Source: Thermodesulfobacteriota bacterium (lineage in GTDB: Bacteria; Desulfobacterota_D; UBA1144; Nemesobacterales; Nemesobacteraceae). From it: DNA of 64,000 nt. The notes beneath the pieces are model-generated. The model was not told where the DNA came from. It made no database searches and saw nothing but the letters and a program-made list of their open reading frames with translations. The stretch is taken from NCBI GenBank assembly GCA_965204035.1, contig OZ241964.1, positions 1,905,251 to 1,969,250 of the forward strand, in the 5' to 3' direction. Below, piece after piece: positions 26,393 through 35,860 of the stretch; the stretch's first letter is position 1, and each line of letters starts with the position of its first letter. A program made the position numbers and the translations under genes.

Positions 26393-28824
26393 TGGGCGTG
26401 GCCAAGGACCGATTGCGGGATCTTGCGGCGAGGGATTCGCTTTCCTGCTACCTTCCCTACGTGGCCTGGGAGGAGGGGATGTACGTATTGGCCGACGCGT
26501 CGTGCGGCTTCGTATGGGAGATAAACCCGCTTCTTTTCGCCGGGGAAGACACAAAAAGGATCCTGGGCGGAATGCTCGGCGACCGGGTGCTTCCGCCGGG
26601 GACCTCCGTAAAGTTCCACGTGTTTGCCTCCGAGGTCATATCCCCGTTTTTCCCCGGGGAAGGGGCGGCGCGAGGCGAGATCTGCGGGGAGATAGCCGCC
26701 GAGAGAAAACGGCTTTACACCCTCGGGATGCGGGAGAGGGCCGGGGTTCCCGCGAGGGACTTCCGCTTCCTGGTGTCGATCAGGATCCCTCCCGGCCCGG
26801 GGAAGAAAAAGGAGACGGAGACCGAGTGGGAGAAGCACACGGAGGCCGCCCGCAAGCTCGGGGCGAACGTGGCCGGGGTCCTCAGCTCCGCGCAGCTCTA
26901 CCCCCGCGACCTCCCCCCGGCGCAGCTGATCCTCATTCTCCGCGAGGCGCTTAACCCCGACGGGCGCTGGTACGACGATCCCTACTACCTCGGCCGCCCG
27001 GGAGGAGGGCCCTACGACCCGGACAGGGAGATAAGAAGCCAGGTAGTTGACCGCGAGACCGCGATAGAGGTGCGGGCGGGGGAGATTTCGCTCGGGGACG
27101 CGCGCCTTAGGGGATACTCCCCCGCGTCCATGCCCGAGTACTTCTCCCTCGATGAGTTCCATGAGCTGCTTGGAGACCCCCTGCGGGGACTCTCGCAGGT
27201 GCCCGCATACTTTTTCCTGCAGGCGGGCTTTGTAATCCCGGAGAGAAAAAAAGCCTCGGAAATAAGGACCAAGGCCGCCGTGGTGAAGCAGCAGAGCTTC
27301 GGCCTCGTGACGAGATTCATACCGAGGTTAAGGAGGAAGGCAGAGAACTTCGATTTTCTGGTTAACGCCCTTGAGGACGAGGGACTGGTCATGGGGTCGC
27401 TCAGCCTCTTTCTCCGGACCCGGAGCGGAGAGGAGGCGGAGCGGGTAAAGGAGATGGTGACGGGAATATGGAGGGCGCGGAACTTTGATCTTCGCGAGGA
27501 GAAATACGTGGTGCTTCCCCTTCTGCTCGATAGCCTCCCGCTCGGCGGGGAGCCCGCCCTCGCGAAGCTTCTTCGGCGAAACTCGACCATGCAGAGCTCA
27601 GCGGGGGCCTCAATCGTTCCCGTAATGTCAGACTGGAAGGGAAGCGGCTCCGGGCCGCTTACCTTCATATCGAGGAGAGGGCAGGTTATGAAGCTTGATC
27701 TTTTCAGCTCGGCTTCCAATTACAACTGCGCGGTGTTCGCCCAGTCGGGCTCGGGAAAATCCTTTCTCGTCTCGGACATGATCACCGGGTATCTCTCGGA
27801 GGGGGCGCGGGTGTTCGTGATAGACATAGGCCGCTCCTACGAGAAGCTCTGCGGCCTGGTGGGCGGGGAGTTCGTGGTGTTTGACGAGGGAAGCGGGATC
27901 TCGCTTAACCCCTTCTCCCGCATAACGGACATAGACGAGGACATGGAGCTGCTTAAGCCCCTTTTCGCCCAGATGGCCTCTCCGTCTGAGGAAATAGGGG
28001 ACCTCGGGAAATCGCTTCTCGAGGAGGCGATAAAGAAAGCGTGGGAGAAAAACGGCCCCGAGGCGCGGATAGACGACGTGGTGAGCGCTCTCTCGGGCAT
28101 CTCCGATCCGCAGCGGCGCTCTGAGGATCTGGCGCACATGCTCTACGCCTACTCATCCCGCGGGCAGTACGGGCGGTTTTTCGAGGGACCGTCAAACCTC
28201 TCGTTTGAGAGGGACCTCAACGTGCTTGAGCTTGAGGAACTCAAGTCAAAGCCCGAGCTTCAGACCGTCGTGGTGCTCATGATCATCTGGCACATAGAAA
28301 GGGAGATGTATCTCGGGAGCCGCGAGCGGCGAAAGCTCGCGATAATAGACGAGGCGTGGGACCTGCTCGGCGGGGGATTCTCGGGCGAGTTCATAGCGCA
28401 CGGCTACCGAAGGGCGAGGAAGTATAACGGCGCCTTCGTCTCCGTAACCCAGAGCCTGCTTGACTTCTACAGGGCGGGGGACCTCGGGGAATCGGTGCTT
28501 GAGAACTCGGCCTGGATGTTCATGCTCCGCCAGAAGGGCGAAAGCGTAGAGGAGATAAAAAGGGGAGGGAAGCTTCTCCTTGGGGATTACTTCGGGGAGC
28601 TTGTCTCGACGCTCTCTACGCGCCCCGGGGAGTTCTCGGAAGTGTTCATATACAACAGCGAGCGCGGCATGGGCCTCGGGCGGCTGGTCGTCGATCCTTT
28701 TTCCTACTGGACCTACACCACGAACCCCGATGACGTCTCCCTTCTTAACGGATTCATATCGGAAGGGATGGAAGTGCGCGAGGCTATAGAGCGGTGCGTC
28801 GAGATCTCAAGGGAGAGGAGATGA
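26392..28824 (+). CDS. traC: F-type T4SS ATPase TraC (VirB4 family)
   Basis: 810 aa. Walker A AVFAQSGSGKSFLVSDM; Walker B LAIIDEAWDL. Confidence 0.8.
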   Translation: MGVAKDRLRDLAARDSLSCYLPYVAWEEGMYVLADASCGFVWEINPLLFAGEDTKRILGGMLGDRVLPPGTSVKFHVFASEVISPFFPGEGAARGEICGEIAAERKRLYTLGMRERAGVPARDFRFLVSIRIPPGPGKKKETETEWEKHTEAARKLGANVAGVLSSAQLYPRDLPPAQLILILREALNPDGRWYDDPYYLGRPGGGPYDPDREIRSQVVDRETAIEVRAGEISLGDARLRGYSPASMPEYFSLDEFHELLGDPLRGLSQVPAYFFLQAGFVIPERKKASEIRTKAAVVKQQSFGLVTRFIPRLRRKAENFDFLVNALEDEGLVMGSLSLFLRTRSGEEAERVKEMVTGIWRARNFDLREEKYVVLPLLLDSLPLGGEPALAKLLRRNSTMQSSAGASIVPVMSDWKGSGSGPLTFISRRGQVMKLDLFSSASNYNCAVFAQSGSGKSFLVSDMITGYLSEGARVFVIDIGRSYEKLCGLVGGEFVVFDEGSGISLNPFSRITDIDEDMELLKPLFAQMASPSEEIGDLGKSLLEEAIKKAWEKNGPEARIDDVVSALSGISDPQRRSEDLAHMLYAYSSRGQYGRFFEGPSNLSFERDLNVLELEELKSKPELQTVVVLMIIWHIEREMYLGSRERRKLAIIDEAWDLLGGGFSGEFIAHGYRRARKYNGAFVSVTQSLLDFYRAGDLGESVLENSAWMFMLRQKGESVEEIKRGGKLLLGDYFGELVSTLSTRPGEFSEVFIYNSERGMGLGRLVVDPFSYWTYTTNPDDVSLLNGFISEGMEVREAIERCVEISRERR

Positions 28825-29174
28825 GAAAAACGGGGGTTTCGCTTGCGCTGGCCGCGCTTTCGGTCCTTGTTCTGCTCGGGGTCTTCTCCTGCGCGGCTGA
28901 CAAGAGGGATGAGAAGGTGGTCTTCATAGAGCTTGAGACCGTGATCTCCGAGGAGAAAAAAAGGATATTCTCAAGGGTGCTTCGCGGGGAGCTATCGCGC
29001 GAGGAGGCCGAGGAGCGGGTCGGGCGGTTTTTCATACGCTTCGGCGAAGTCCTTGCCGATTATGAAAAAGAGGGCTATCTCGTGCTTGACGGAAAGTCGG
29101 TCCTTGGAGGCGGGAGAGACATAACCGGGGAGATGCTCGAGGAGCTCTCCGCCCGGGGAGAGGAAAATGAGTGA
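28821..29174 (+). CDS. trbI: TrbI-like protein
   Basis: Single N-terminal TM; pattern VVFIELETVISEE...RDITGEMLEEL resembles F TrbI (..VAFNMKQTV...PDITREIQ). ATGA overlap with traC stop. Same position as F trbI. Confidence 0.4.
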   Translation: MRKTGVSLALAALSVLVLLGVFSCAADKRDEKVVFIELETVISEEKKRIFSRVLRGELSREEAEERVGRFFIRFGEVLADYEKEGYLVLDGKSVLGGGRDITGEMLEELSARGEENE

Positions 29175-29661
29175 GTTTCTGCGGGCATGCGCGGGAGCGC
29201 GTGCGGCCGCTTCGGTTTTTCTGGTCCTTATTCTGTTTTCGGGGGCATACCTCTTCGGGATTCGTATCTCGTTTAACGTATCGGGATCGCTTCCCCACAG
29301 GGCGTTTCTCACGGTGCGGGGCGGGGAGATTTCCTGCGGGCCCCGAAGCATAGGGCTTTTTCGCCTGAACGTCCGCAATCCCTACTGGGATTACGGGACG
29401 ATTTTCGCGAAGAGGTTCGTCGGCTGCCCGGGCGATGCGCTAAGGACGCAAGGAAGAGAGTTTTACCTAAACGGCGAGAGAGTGGCCGTCGCAAGCGGAC
29501 ATGATTCAAGAGGAGCGGCCGTCTCAAGCTTCCGGCACGACGGGGTGATTCCCGCCGACAGCTACTTCGTTCTGGGAGACGGCGAGAGAAGCTATGACTC
29601 AAGATACTGGGGGTTTGTAAGAAAATCATGGATAGTCGGGCGTGGGTTTCCCTTGTTTTAG
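29167..29661 (+). CDS. S26-family signal peptidase-like conjugative peptidase (TraF/TrhF-type)
   Basis: C-terminal SYDSRYWGFV matches the S26 SxDSRxxG box. N-terminal TM. Confidence 0.55.
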   Translation: MSEFLRACAGARAAASVFLVLILFSGAYLFGIRISFNVSGSLPHRAFLTVRGGEISCGPRSIGLFRLNVRNPYWDYGTIFAKRFVGCPGDALRTQGREFYLNGERVAVASGHDSRGAAVSSFRHDGVIPADSYFVLGDGERSYDSRYWGFVRKSWIVGRGFPLF

Positions 29662-30251
29662 CCTCGGTTTTTTTTATCCAGTTCTCCCCGGTGCCGACCC
29701 GGGCTTCGGGTAAGGACCTCGGGGTTCACGGGCGCCTCTACGAAATAAGGGAAGAGGACATGCTTTTATATGTGCGGAGAAAAGCGGGGGAAATCTCAAT
29801 GGCGGCGCTTCGGGAAAGCATGGAGAAAAAGCTCGAGGAATCCTACGCGCGGCACTCTTTTGTTTCTCTCGATGTCCCTTCGGCTACGGAAGAGCGGGTA
29901 CGTTATGTCGACCCCTCGGTGAATGTACGAAATCCGCTCTACGACCACACGGGGGCGATGATTTTTCCCGCGGGGGCCGTAAACCCGCTTGATCACGTAT
30001 CGCTTTCAAAAAGCATCCTGGTGCTGAGGGAGGACCAGGTGAAAAGGGCGCTTGAGGAGACGGGCAAAACAGGTGAAAAGGCAATTCTGCTGCTAACCGA
30101 CGGCGATATCCGAAGGGCTTCCTCGCTTGCGGGCCGGATGGTTTACAAGGCAAGTCCTTTCATGCTCAGAAGACTCCAGGTTGAAAAAGTGCCGTCGCTT
30201 GTGACGCAGGAAGGGAGAAGACTCAGGGTGAAAGAAATGGTTTTAAAATGA
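29628..30251 (+). CDS. traW: F-type T4SS protein TraW
   Basis: Signal peptide then DLGVHGRLYEIREEDML, resembling the TraW N-terminus (LGVxGxVYPIxExD). Position after the peptidase. Confidence 0.55.
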   Translation: MDSRAWVSLVLASVFFIQFSPVPTRASGKDLGVHGRLYEIREEDMLLYVRRKAGEISMAALRESMEKKLEESYARHSFVSLDVPSATEERVRYVDPSVNVRNPLYDHTGAMIFPAGAVNPLDHVSLSKSILVLREDQVKRALEETGKTGEKAILLLTDGDIRRASSLAGRMVYKASPFMLRRLQVEKVPSLVTQEGRRLRVKEMVLK

Positions 30252-30265
30252 TTCCGTGTCACTCT

Positions 30266-30661
30266 TTATAGATCGGGATTAGCGAAAAAACTGGCGTTTT
30301 TTGCTAGTTCCAAAGCAAGTGACTTTCTGGCATTTTTCTTATCTGGCCATTTGATAATATTTGCGTGGTTGGGATTGTCTGGGGTAGGATCAGGCACAAC
30401 GCTTAACGACTGCAGAACCACATTATAAACTTTGATATCCGCCCTGCCATGAAGATTCCGAGATTGACCAGCAGCGACCTTCCGCCCAATACCCCAGATT
30501 CTATCTTCGGAAAAATTTAAATGACGGGTAGTTGATAATTCCAAGGAGTCTTCCGGCGGAATGAAGGCATCTTGTTTGACAGTTTGGTCACTTTTACGAT
30601 ACCACTTTGAAGAAATAATATATCTGGCTAAAAGCTCATCATCTGAAATAGAATCCGTCAT
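30266..30661 (-). CDS. hypothetical protein (131 aa), last gene of a 3-gene minus-strand operon
   Basis: 4-bp overlap with the upstream gene. No family recognised. Confidence 0.35.
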   Translation of the reverse strand: MTDSISDDELLARYIISSKWYRKSDQTVKQDAFIPPEDSLELSTTRHLNFSEDRIWGIGRKVAAGQSRNLHGRADIKVYNVVLQSLSVVPDPTPDNPNHANIIKWPDKKNARKSLALELAKNASFFANPDL

Positions 30662-31155
30662 ATATTTTCACTCGTAACATCTTCGATCAATCTTACTAGG
30701 TCCTTTGAAACTTCAAATAAAGCAAAGCCATCTCCATGTCTTCGGTCTCCACCATTTATGGCTGCGAAATAAAGCCGGCCCCCAGGATTGATGCTAATTG
30801 AAATCACCCTGGTAGGAGACCGATACCATTCCAAAGTTATTGCCCCATCCGGTTCAGCACCTATTTCCGGTGATTCAAATCCTAAGGGAAAAGACCAAAG
30901 AAAAATTTTGGCGTGCCGCAAAACCTGTTTTGTTATCGGTTCCGCTCTCTCCCCATCCCAACCTTTCGACGAACATTCTTCAAAAGTGCTTTTCAACTCT
31001 TGGAAAGTTCCCCTACCAATAAGACCAAGGGTATTAGACCTGTGAAGATAATTAGATACTTCCTCCACTTCTTGGTCTATATAGCGTGCAGGGGAAACGC
31101 TCTGACTAGAAGAACCTTGGTCGGCATAACCAGAAATAGCAGGCATACTATTCAC
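30658..31155 (-). CDS. hypothetical protein, paralog A (165 aa)
   Basis: About 55% identical over ~125 aa to the protein encoded at 34717-35133 on the opposite strand (shared ECSS.GWDGERA.P..K.VLR....FL.SFP.G.E.PE.GAEPDGAI.LEWYRSP..VIS.S.NPGG..Y.AAI.G). RBS gaggag. Confidence 0.4.
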   Translation of the reverse strand: MNSMPAISGYADQGSSSQSVSPARYIDQEVEEVSNYLHRSNTLGLIGRGTFQELKSTFEECSSKGWDGERAEPITKQVLRHAKIFLWSFPLGFESPEIGAEPDGAITLEWYRSPTRVISISINPGGRLYFAAINGGDRRHGDGFALFEVSKDLVRLIEDVTSENI

Positions 31156-31915
31156 ACTCCTCTAAAGCTTTCTCTGTCAAACTGCTAAAGAAAACTTTGT
31201 TTTTAACCCAACGCATTTTGTTCATATGTTCAGAAATTCGTAATTCATTAAAACTGAGGCGTTTATCCATAAAGACATCGATATCCAGCAACAACCCAGC
31301 TTCTTGCTGAGTTGTTTGAACAGTTTTTGTAACATTAGCTGAATAGGGAGTTCCCGGAACTTGGAGCACATCTCGATGCAGGTAACCTGATAAAGGCCAG
31401 TTCAAACCTTCGATAGGTAGTGGTGGTCTTTTATAATAATCAGCCAATTCGACTTTCTGTTCCTGTTTGATCGCTAGACGGTTTATAAAGCGTAAATCAA
31501 TTCTCCCAATTTCAACTGGTTTTAATAGTTCGCAGTAAATTTTCCAAAGCCGTAACGCTTCTTGACTAAATTTCTCCCAGTTTTCGTAAGGTTTCAGCCG
31601 ACTAAAAACAAATGAGTCTTTATTAAACTGTACGACATAAAAACTATCTTCCGACTGGCACTTCAAGCCAATGTGGACAAAATCTTTAATTACATTGGTC
31701 CCAGTCTTAGGTGAAAACTGAACTTCGGTTTCCTGAACCGTGTCATGCTTCGGGTAATCAGGCAATCGTTCTTTCAACTGTTTTTGTAGACTCGACTCAT
31801 CCCATTCAGTAGAAGAAGCAACTCGAAGATCAAGAACGGCCTCAACAATTGGCGCTTGGGATAGATGACGAAATTTTTCTTCTAGGTCAATAGTATTTGC
31901 CATAATCTCTGTCAC
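31148..31915 (-). CDS. hypothetical protein (255 aa), first gene of the 3-gene operon
   Basis: 8-bp overlap with the paralog-A start. AT-rich promoter-like region upstream (31916-32320). Confidence 0.4.
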   Translation of the reverse strand: MTEIMANTIDLEEKFRHLSQAPIVEAVLDLRVASSTEWDESSLQKQLKERLPDYPKHDTVQETEVQFSPKTGTNVIKDFVHIGLKCQSEDSFYVVQFNKDSFVFSRLKPYENWEKFSQEALRLWKIYCELLKPVEIGRIDLRFINRLAIKQEQKVELADYYKRPPLPIEGLNWPLSGYLHRDVLQVPGTPYSANVTKTVQTTQQEAGLLLDIDVFMDKRLSFNELRISEHMNKMRWVKNKVFFSSLTEKALEECE

Positions 31916-32322
31916 TCATATGTCTTATTATTACTTTTAAGTTTTTCCCGAATCCCCTTTCCCACAGCATTTCCCGACAAAGCTTCTCCTAATTGATTTC
32001 ACCGTTTAAAATCAAATTCGGGATAAAAGTTGCAGGATGCTAGGCATTTTCGCTCGGTTTTGAGCAGATTCAACAGTAAGTGCAAGATTATTCCGGCCAT
32101 AATCTTATTTTCCCTCGACTCTGGTGGAGAAAGCTTTTTAAGAACCTTTTTTCGTCAGTGAGTCGCTTAGCATCAACTTAACAAGTCTTTTTTGCCTATT
32201 TCCTAGGAATTTCGGGAAAACTAAACTTAATCTTTGTTATATATAATAGTACTACAGTCCGTGGTTTCAAGTAAAAAGGCAAGGTTCCGATGCCGCGAAA
32301 AAATAAAACGGCGACGGAATAA

Positions 32323-33318
32323 TTATACAACAACCCGGTTTCGGTAATTCTCGAGCCATCCAAGAGCTTCCGTCAACAGTTCGTATCCTTCGATCATCGT
32401 GCCGGTATTCACCAAGTGCTCGGCCTCCGCAACTCGGATGGGAACACGGAGTCTGTGCAATAAGTTACCCATGACGCGCACGTCATCAATAAACTGGCTG
32501 CGCTCAATAGCAAACGGCACGATCATATAAGAAATAAAAACCGTCTCCGGTTGTTTTGCAAACCATCGACCTTTAAATGCGTCAATGTGACCTTTAAGCG
32601 ATTTCTCACGACTGTTCCGGCCGGTAGCAACCTGGGCCACCGCAAGCAGAAATCCAGGCAACTCATCCTTGTGAGAACGAACAGCAATTACGTCAAGCTT
32701 ATCGTCCTTTGGTTGCTCCGGAGCCCCCTCTTGCCGTCCGACGCGCCCGTCACTTATGTCTTCCCATATTTCTCTTAATTTATCAAAAAAAGAAGAACTG
32801 TCCGGCCTTGGAGACCCGAATGACCAAGCCTTGCCTCCTATTTCCGCCGCCAAGGCCGCCGTCGCAAAGTATTGGAAGTACTGCCGTAGTTTCCTTACCT
32901 CGGCAGCGTCAGGATGAAGATCAGAATCGGTAAGTATAGTAGATGCAGATTCAAGGTTAGACAAAATGAGACATAAGATATAAGCAGCTCGTCCGAGTGA
33001 ACCATTAACTGTAACCAAACGCAAGATGTGGCCGCCTTTGTCAAGTTGAAAGGGGTAAGAAGCGTTAAGGATTCGTTGACGTTCGTTTATCAGGTTGACA
33101 GTGTCTCCAACAAGCTCCTCTTCGTCTTGCGCTCTTTCAACCCCAGACTCCGTATTGCTTTCCTCCGCACCAATCGACACTCCGTTGGCCAAATTCGACG
33201 TTAGAACTACTCTATCCGGAGAAAAGAAAGCTGAAAGTTCCAGAAAATCAGCGGCCCGGTCCAAGTCAACTGCCGTACCGGTCACCTCATCAATCGGCAA
33301 ATAAACGGGGCTCGTCAT
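32323..33318 (-). CDS. hypothetical protein (331 aa), partner of the ParB-like gene; possible C-terminal HEPN-like R-x6-H (RVMGNLLHR)
   Basis: 4-bp overlap (33315-33318) with the upstream ParB-like gene. No Walker motif. The R-x6-H is seen but weak. Confidence 0.4.
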   Translation of the reverse strand: MTSPVYLPIDEVTGTAVDLDRAADFLELSAFFSPDRVVLTSNLANGVSIGAEESNTESGVERAQDEEELVGDTVNLINERQRILNASYPFQLDKGGHILRLVTVNGSLGRAAYILCLILSNLESASTILTDSDLHPDAAEVRKLRQYFQYFATAALAAEIGGKAWSFGSPRPDSSSFFDKLREIWEDISDGRVGRQEGAPEQPKDDKLDVIAVRSHKDELPGFLLAVAQVATGRNSREKSLKGHIDAFKGRWFAKQPETVFISYMIVPFAIERSQFIDDVRVMGNLLHRLRVPIRVAEAEHLVNTGTMIEGYELLTEALGWLENYRNRVVV

Positions 33319-34433
33319 TCCGCAGCAAGGGCCTCTCGGTTTTTTTTCTGCATTCGCTGATGAACGGTTTCCGCAGTTTCCTTGATATCCTCGGCGACCC
33401 CGAGAAGTGAGTCGTCCCGCCCGTCATAAGCTCTAAGCGACCCCGCCGCATCCTTTATCGCAGTCCGCGCTCGCAACAAAGAAGCAGTAAATCGGCTGTC
33501 CACGGGTTCGACAGCCGCATAAGCCTCATCAAGATTGCGCGACATTTTTAGAATGTGAAGCGCTTCAATATTTTCTAGAACTTCGCCAAGACGCTTGATG
33601 TCCGGATTCTGTGTCCGAATAACCGGCAATACATCGTCCGTACTTGATCCATAGATCCAGAGGAGCAACTCCTTGAGATTGTCCAGTTTTTTACTTTTCA
33701 CCGGATTGGGTTTGGGGTCATATCTTACCCATCTTGAACCGAGACCTAGATATTTCATATATTGGGATCGGCTGAGTGCAGTATAGAGATGCGAGAAGTT
33801 GAATTTGGGGGTGACTCGATCCTCAACATCAAAAAGTTCGTTTTTCTTTGCCTGATCAAGAACATAAATTGCCGATACCATTCGCTTGATCGTGTCATGC
33901 CCGTCGCCGACTGCTTTTGCTATTGTCTTCAGATTATCATCGGATTGTTTGTACCAATCGGCCGCAAACCGGGCCTTGGCGTAAGAATCCCACTTGGCCG
34001 GGCCGTTGACATGTTTGAATCCAATGAAAGACCTAGCAGTCTCCCTGCTGTCAACACAGTACACGGATACCTCATCTAAAGTACCCCGCAGAGATTTAGC
34101 GACGGTCGGAGGGTTGATTGCCAGTTTTTCCGTTTTGAGGATTTTCTTTGCCAGTTTCGGTTCGCGTAGCAGTCGTAGCGCAGCCAAGCGCCTGTTGCCC
34201 TCAAGCACAACCAGCTTATCGCTCCCGGCCTCTCGCATCGCAATCAACGGTTCAATATCAAGATATCCGTTAGAGGAAATTGATTGCAACAGTTCCCCCA
34301 GTTCCGCACTGCGGTACAACTCGGCAATTATCGCCTCATCAGTTGAATCAACCGACTGGCTAATCAGCCGCGGATTCTTATGGTCAAGCTTAAGCTTCTC
34401 GACCGGAATCTTTGAAACCTCGTTCAGTTCCAT
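33315..34433 (-). CDS. ParB/Srx-like N-terminal domain protein with central HTH (372 aa)
   Basis: LKLDHKNPRL...LVVLEGNRRLAALRLL resembles the ParB N-domain box (hhhaGERRwRAak). Putative HTH KTIAKAVGDGHDTIKRMVSAIYVL. No adjacent ParA. Confidence 0.5.
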   Translation of the reverse strand: MELNEVSKIPVEKLKLDHKNPRLISQSVDSTDEAIIAELYRSAELGELLQSISSNGYLDIEPLIAMREAGSDKLVVLEGNRRLAALRLLREPKLAKKILKTEKLAINPPTVAKSLRGTLDEVSVYCVDSRETARSFIGFKHVNGPAKWDSYAKARFAADWYKQSDDNLKTIAKAVGDGHDTIKRMVSAIYVLDQAKKNELFDVEDRVTPKFNFSHLYTALSRSQYMKYLGLGSRWVRYDPKPNPVKSKKLDNLKELLLWIYGSSTDDVLPVIRTQNPDIKRLGEVLENIEALHILKMSRNLDEAYAAVEPVDSRFTASLLRARTAIKDAAGSLRAYDGRDDSLLGVAEDIKETAETVHQRMQKKNREALAAE

Positions 34434-34716
34434 GATAATCCCCCCGAACTTCTGGAATCGGATAAAGAAAAAAGGTTGTTATGCCACCAATGGTTGGGGG
34501 GCGATCGGGATCTGGCAGAAATTCTCAGATCCCATCGCGAGGCCGAACCATGGCTTCGCCGTTACATTATGGACGTGATCAGCGACCTGGAAGAGCGGCC
34601 CGGGCTTGAGAAAGCCAGAAAACCGTCTTGACGCGGGATACTGCCCACGCAGGCGAAAAATGAAGGCTTCTCCAAAAATCAAACGGAAAAATCTGGAGGG
34701 GCAGGAGGTAAACGGC

Positions 34717-35133
34717 ATGACAAGTTTCACTGATAAAGACATCTTCCAGGAACTGGAAAAAGTTTTTCAAGAATGCTCGTCAGACGGCTGGGACGGAGAG
34801 AGAGCGAAACCGGTCTCAAAAGAGGTTCTGCGGAGCACCGTAGCCTTTCTCGAATCTTTTCCCTCCGGCATCGAGCCGCCGGAGACGGGGGCTGAACCCG
34901 ACGGAGCCATATCTCTTGAGTGGTACCGCTCCCCTGAAAAAGTGATTTCAGTCAGCGTCAATCCGGGAGGAGAAGTTTACTACGCGGCTATAATCGGCAC
35001 TCGGCGAAACCATGGAAAGGGTTCGGTTCGCTCCGGCGTCTCGGATAATCTGCCGGCGCTGGTAGAAAAGGTTACGCAAAAGAACGGAGGATCGAGAAAA
35101 ATACAAGAGGGTTTAAACCCAATTTCAAATTGA
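34717..35133 (+). CDS. hypothetical protein, paralog B (138 aa from the internal ATG)
   Basis: Paralog of 30658-31155 in inverted orientation. RBS caggaggtaaacggcATG at 34717; the longer listed ORF (34606) has no RBS. Confidence 0.4.
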   Translation: MTSFTDKDIFQELEKVFQECSSDGWDGERAKPVSKEVLRSTVAFLESFPSGIEPPETGAEPDGAISLEWYRSPEKVISVSVNPGGEVYYAAIIGTRRNHGKGSVRSGVSDNLPALVEKVTQKNGGSRKIQEGLNPISN

Positions 35134-35443
35134 TTTGGCGCCATTCCCTCCCGGCATCGCTCCATGTCATTGAAAGGCTAAACTGCCTGCGCCGTGTGCC
35201 CGGTATCAAACCGCCAAAGAAAGGGTTTTAAGATGATCCTCGATGGCTCGAGCAATGTCACCCGACAGCGGAAGATTTCCCTTCTCCACTCGCCGTAAAC
35301 CTCCCAGAGCTTGAAATATCCCTGCGTATGTGATTTCCAGTATGAGCGGGCAGGTCACATCCTACACTCGGACTGTAACGATCCTTCGGTGCGAATTCAG
35401 CTTTATTTTAAGATCGAATTCACTTATACTTATCATTGATATG

Positions 35444-35860
35444 AAAACGCTTCTGTTCATCGCTGCGCTTTTGATCTGCGCTTGGCCGACAGGTGTTTTG
35501 GCCGACAACCAGACTTCTGAGATTCCCGGGGAGCACTTAAGGCAAAAAGCGGCGGTTTCGCGACCCGCCGATGCGCCCGGCGCCAAATCAAAAGCCTTCA
35601 TACACCCGGATACGGGAGAAATCCTGACCCGCAAGCAGTGGCAGGCCCTCGGCCTCGAAAACGACGAAGCCGAGGCCGCGACGCGCCTCTCTTCCGACGC
35701 CCCCGAACCGGAGAGTGCCCCGACGGTGCTTGAGGGCAGGCAGATCGATCTTGGAAACGGAGACTACGTCATAGTGGTCGATGCCCCCGAATCCGATATG
35801 GTTGAAACCAAGGTGTGGTTTGACGAAGAGGGAAAAGCCCATATCAATTGCAATCACTGA
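35444..35860 (+). CDS. small secreted protein (signal peptide MKTLLFIAALLICAWPTGVLA)
   Basis: Signal peptide. Stop overlaps the start of the metalloprotease gene. Confidence 0.35.
   Translation, partial: KTLLFIAALLICAWPTGVLADNQTSEIPGEHLRQKAAVSRPADAPGAKSKAFIHPDTGEILTRKQWQALGLENDEAEAATRLSSDAPEPESAPTVLEGRQIDLGNGDYVIVVDAPESDMVETKVWFDEEGKAHINCNH

Noticed and set aside
26347-28139. Multiple long minus-strand ORFs inside traC (e.g. 26347-27162, 27012-27719, 27628-28137)
   Set aside because: They are antisense to a gene with clear Walker A/B motifs. Pro/Arg/Gly-rich translations are characteristic of GC-rich antisense frames. The same applies to antisense ORFs inside traG, traN, traH and traB.
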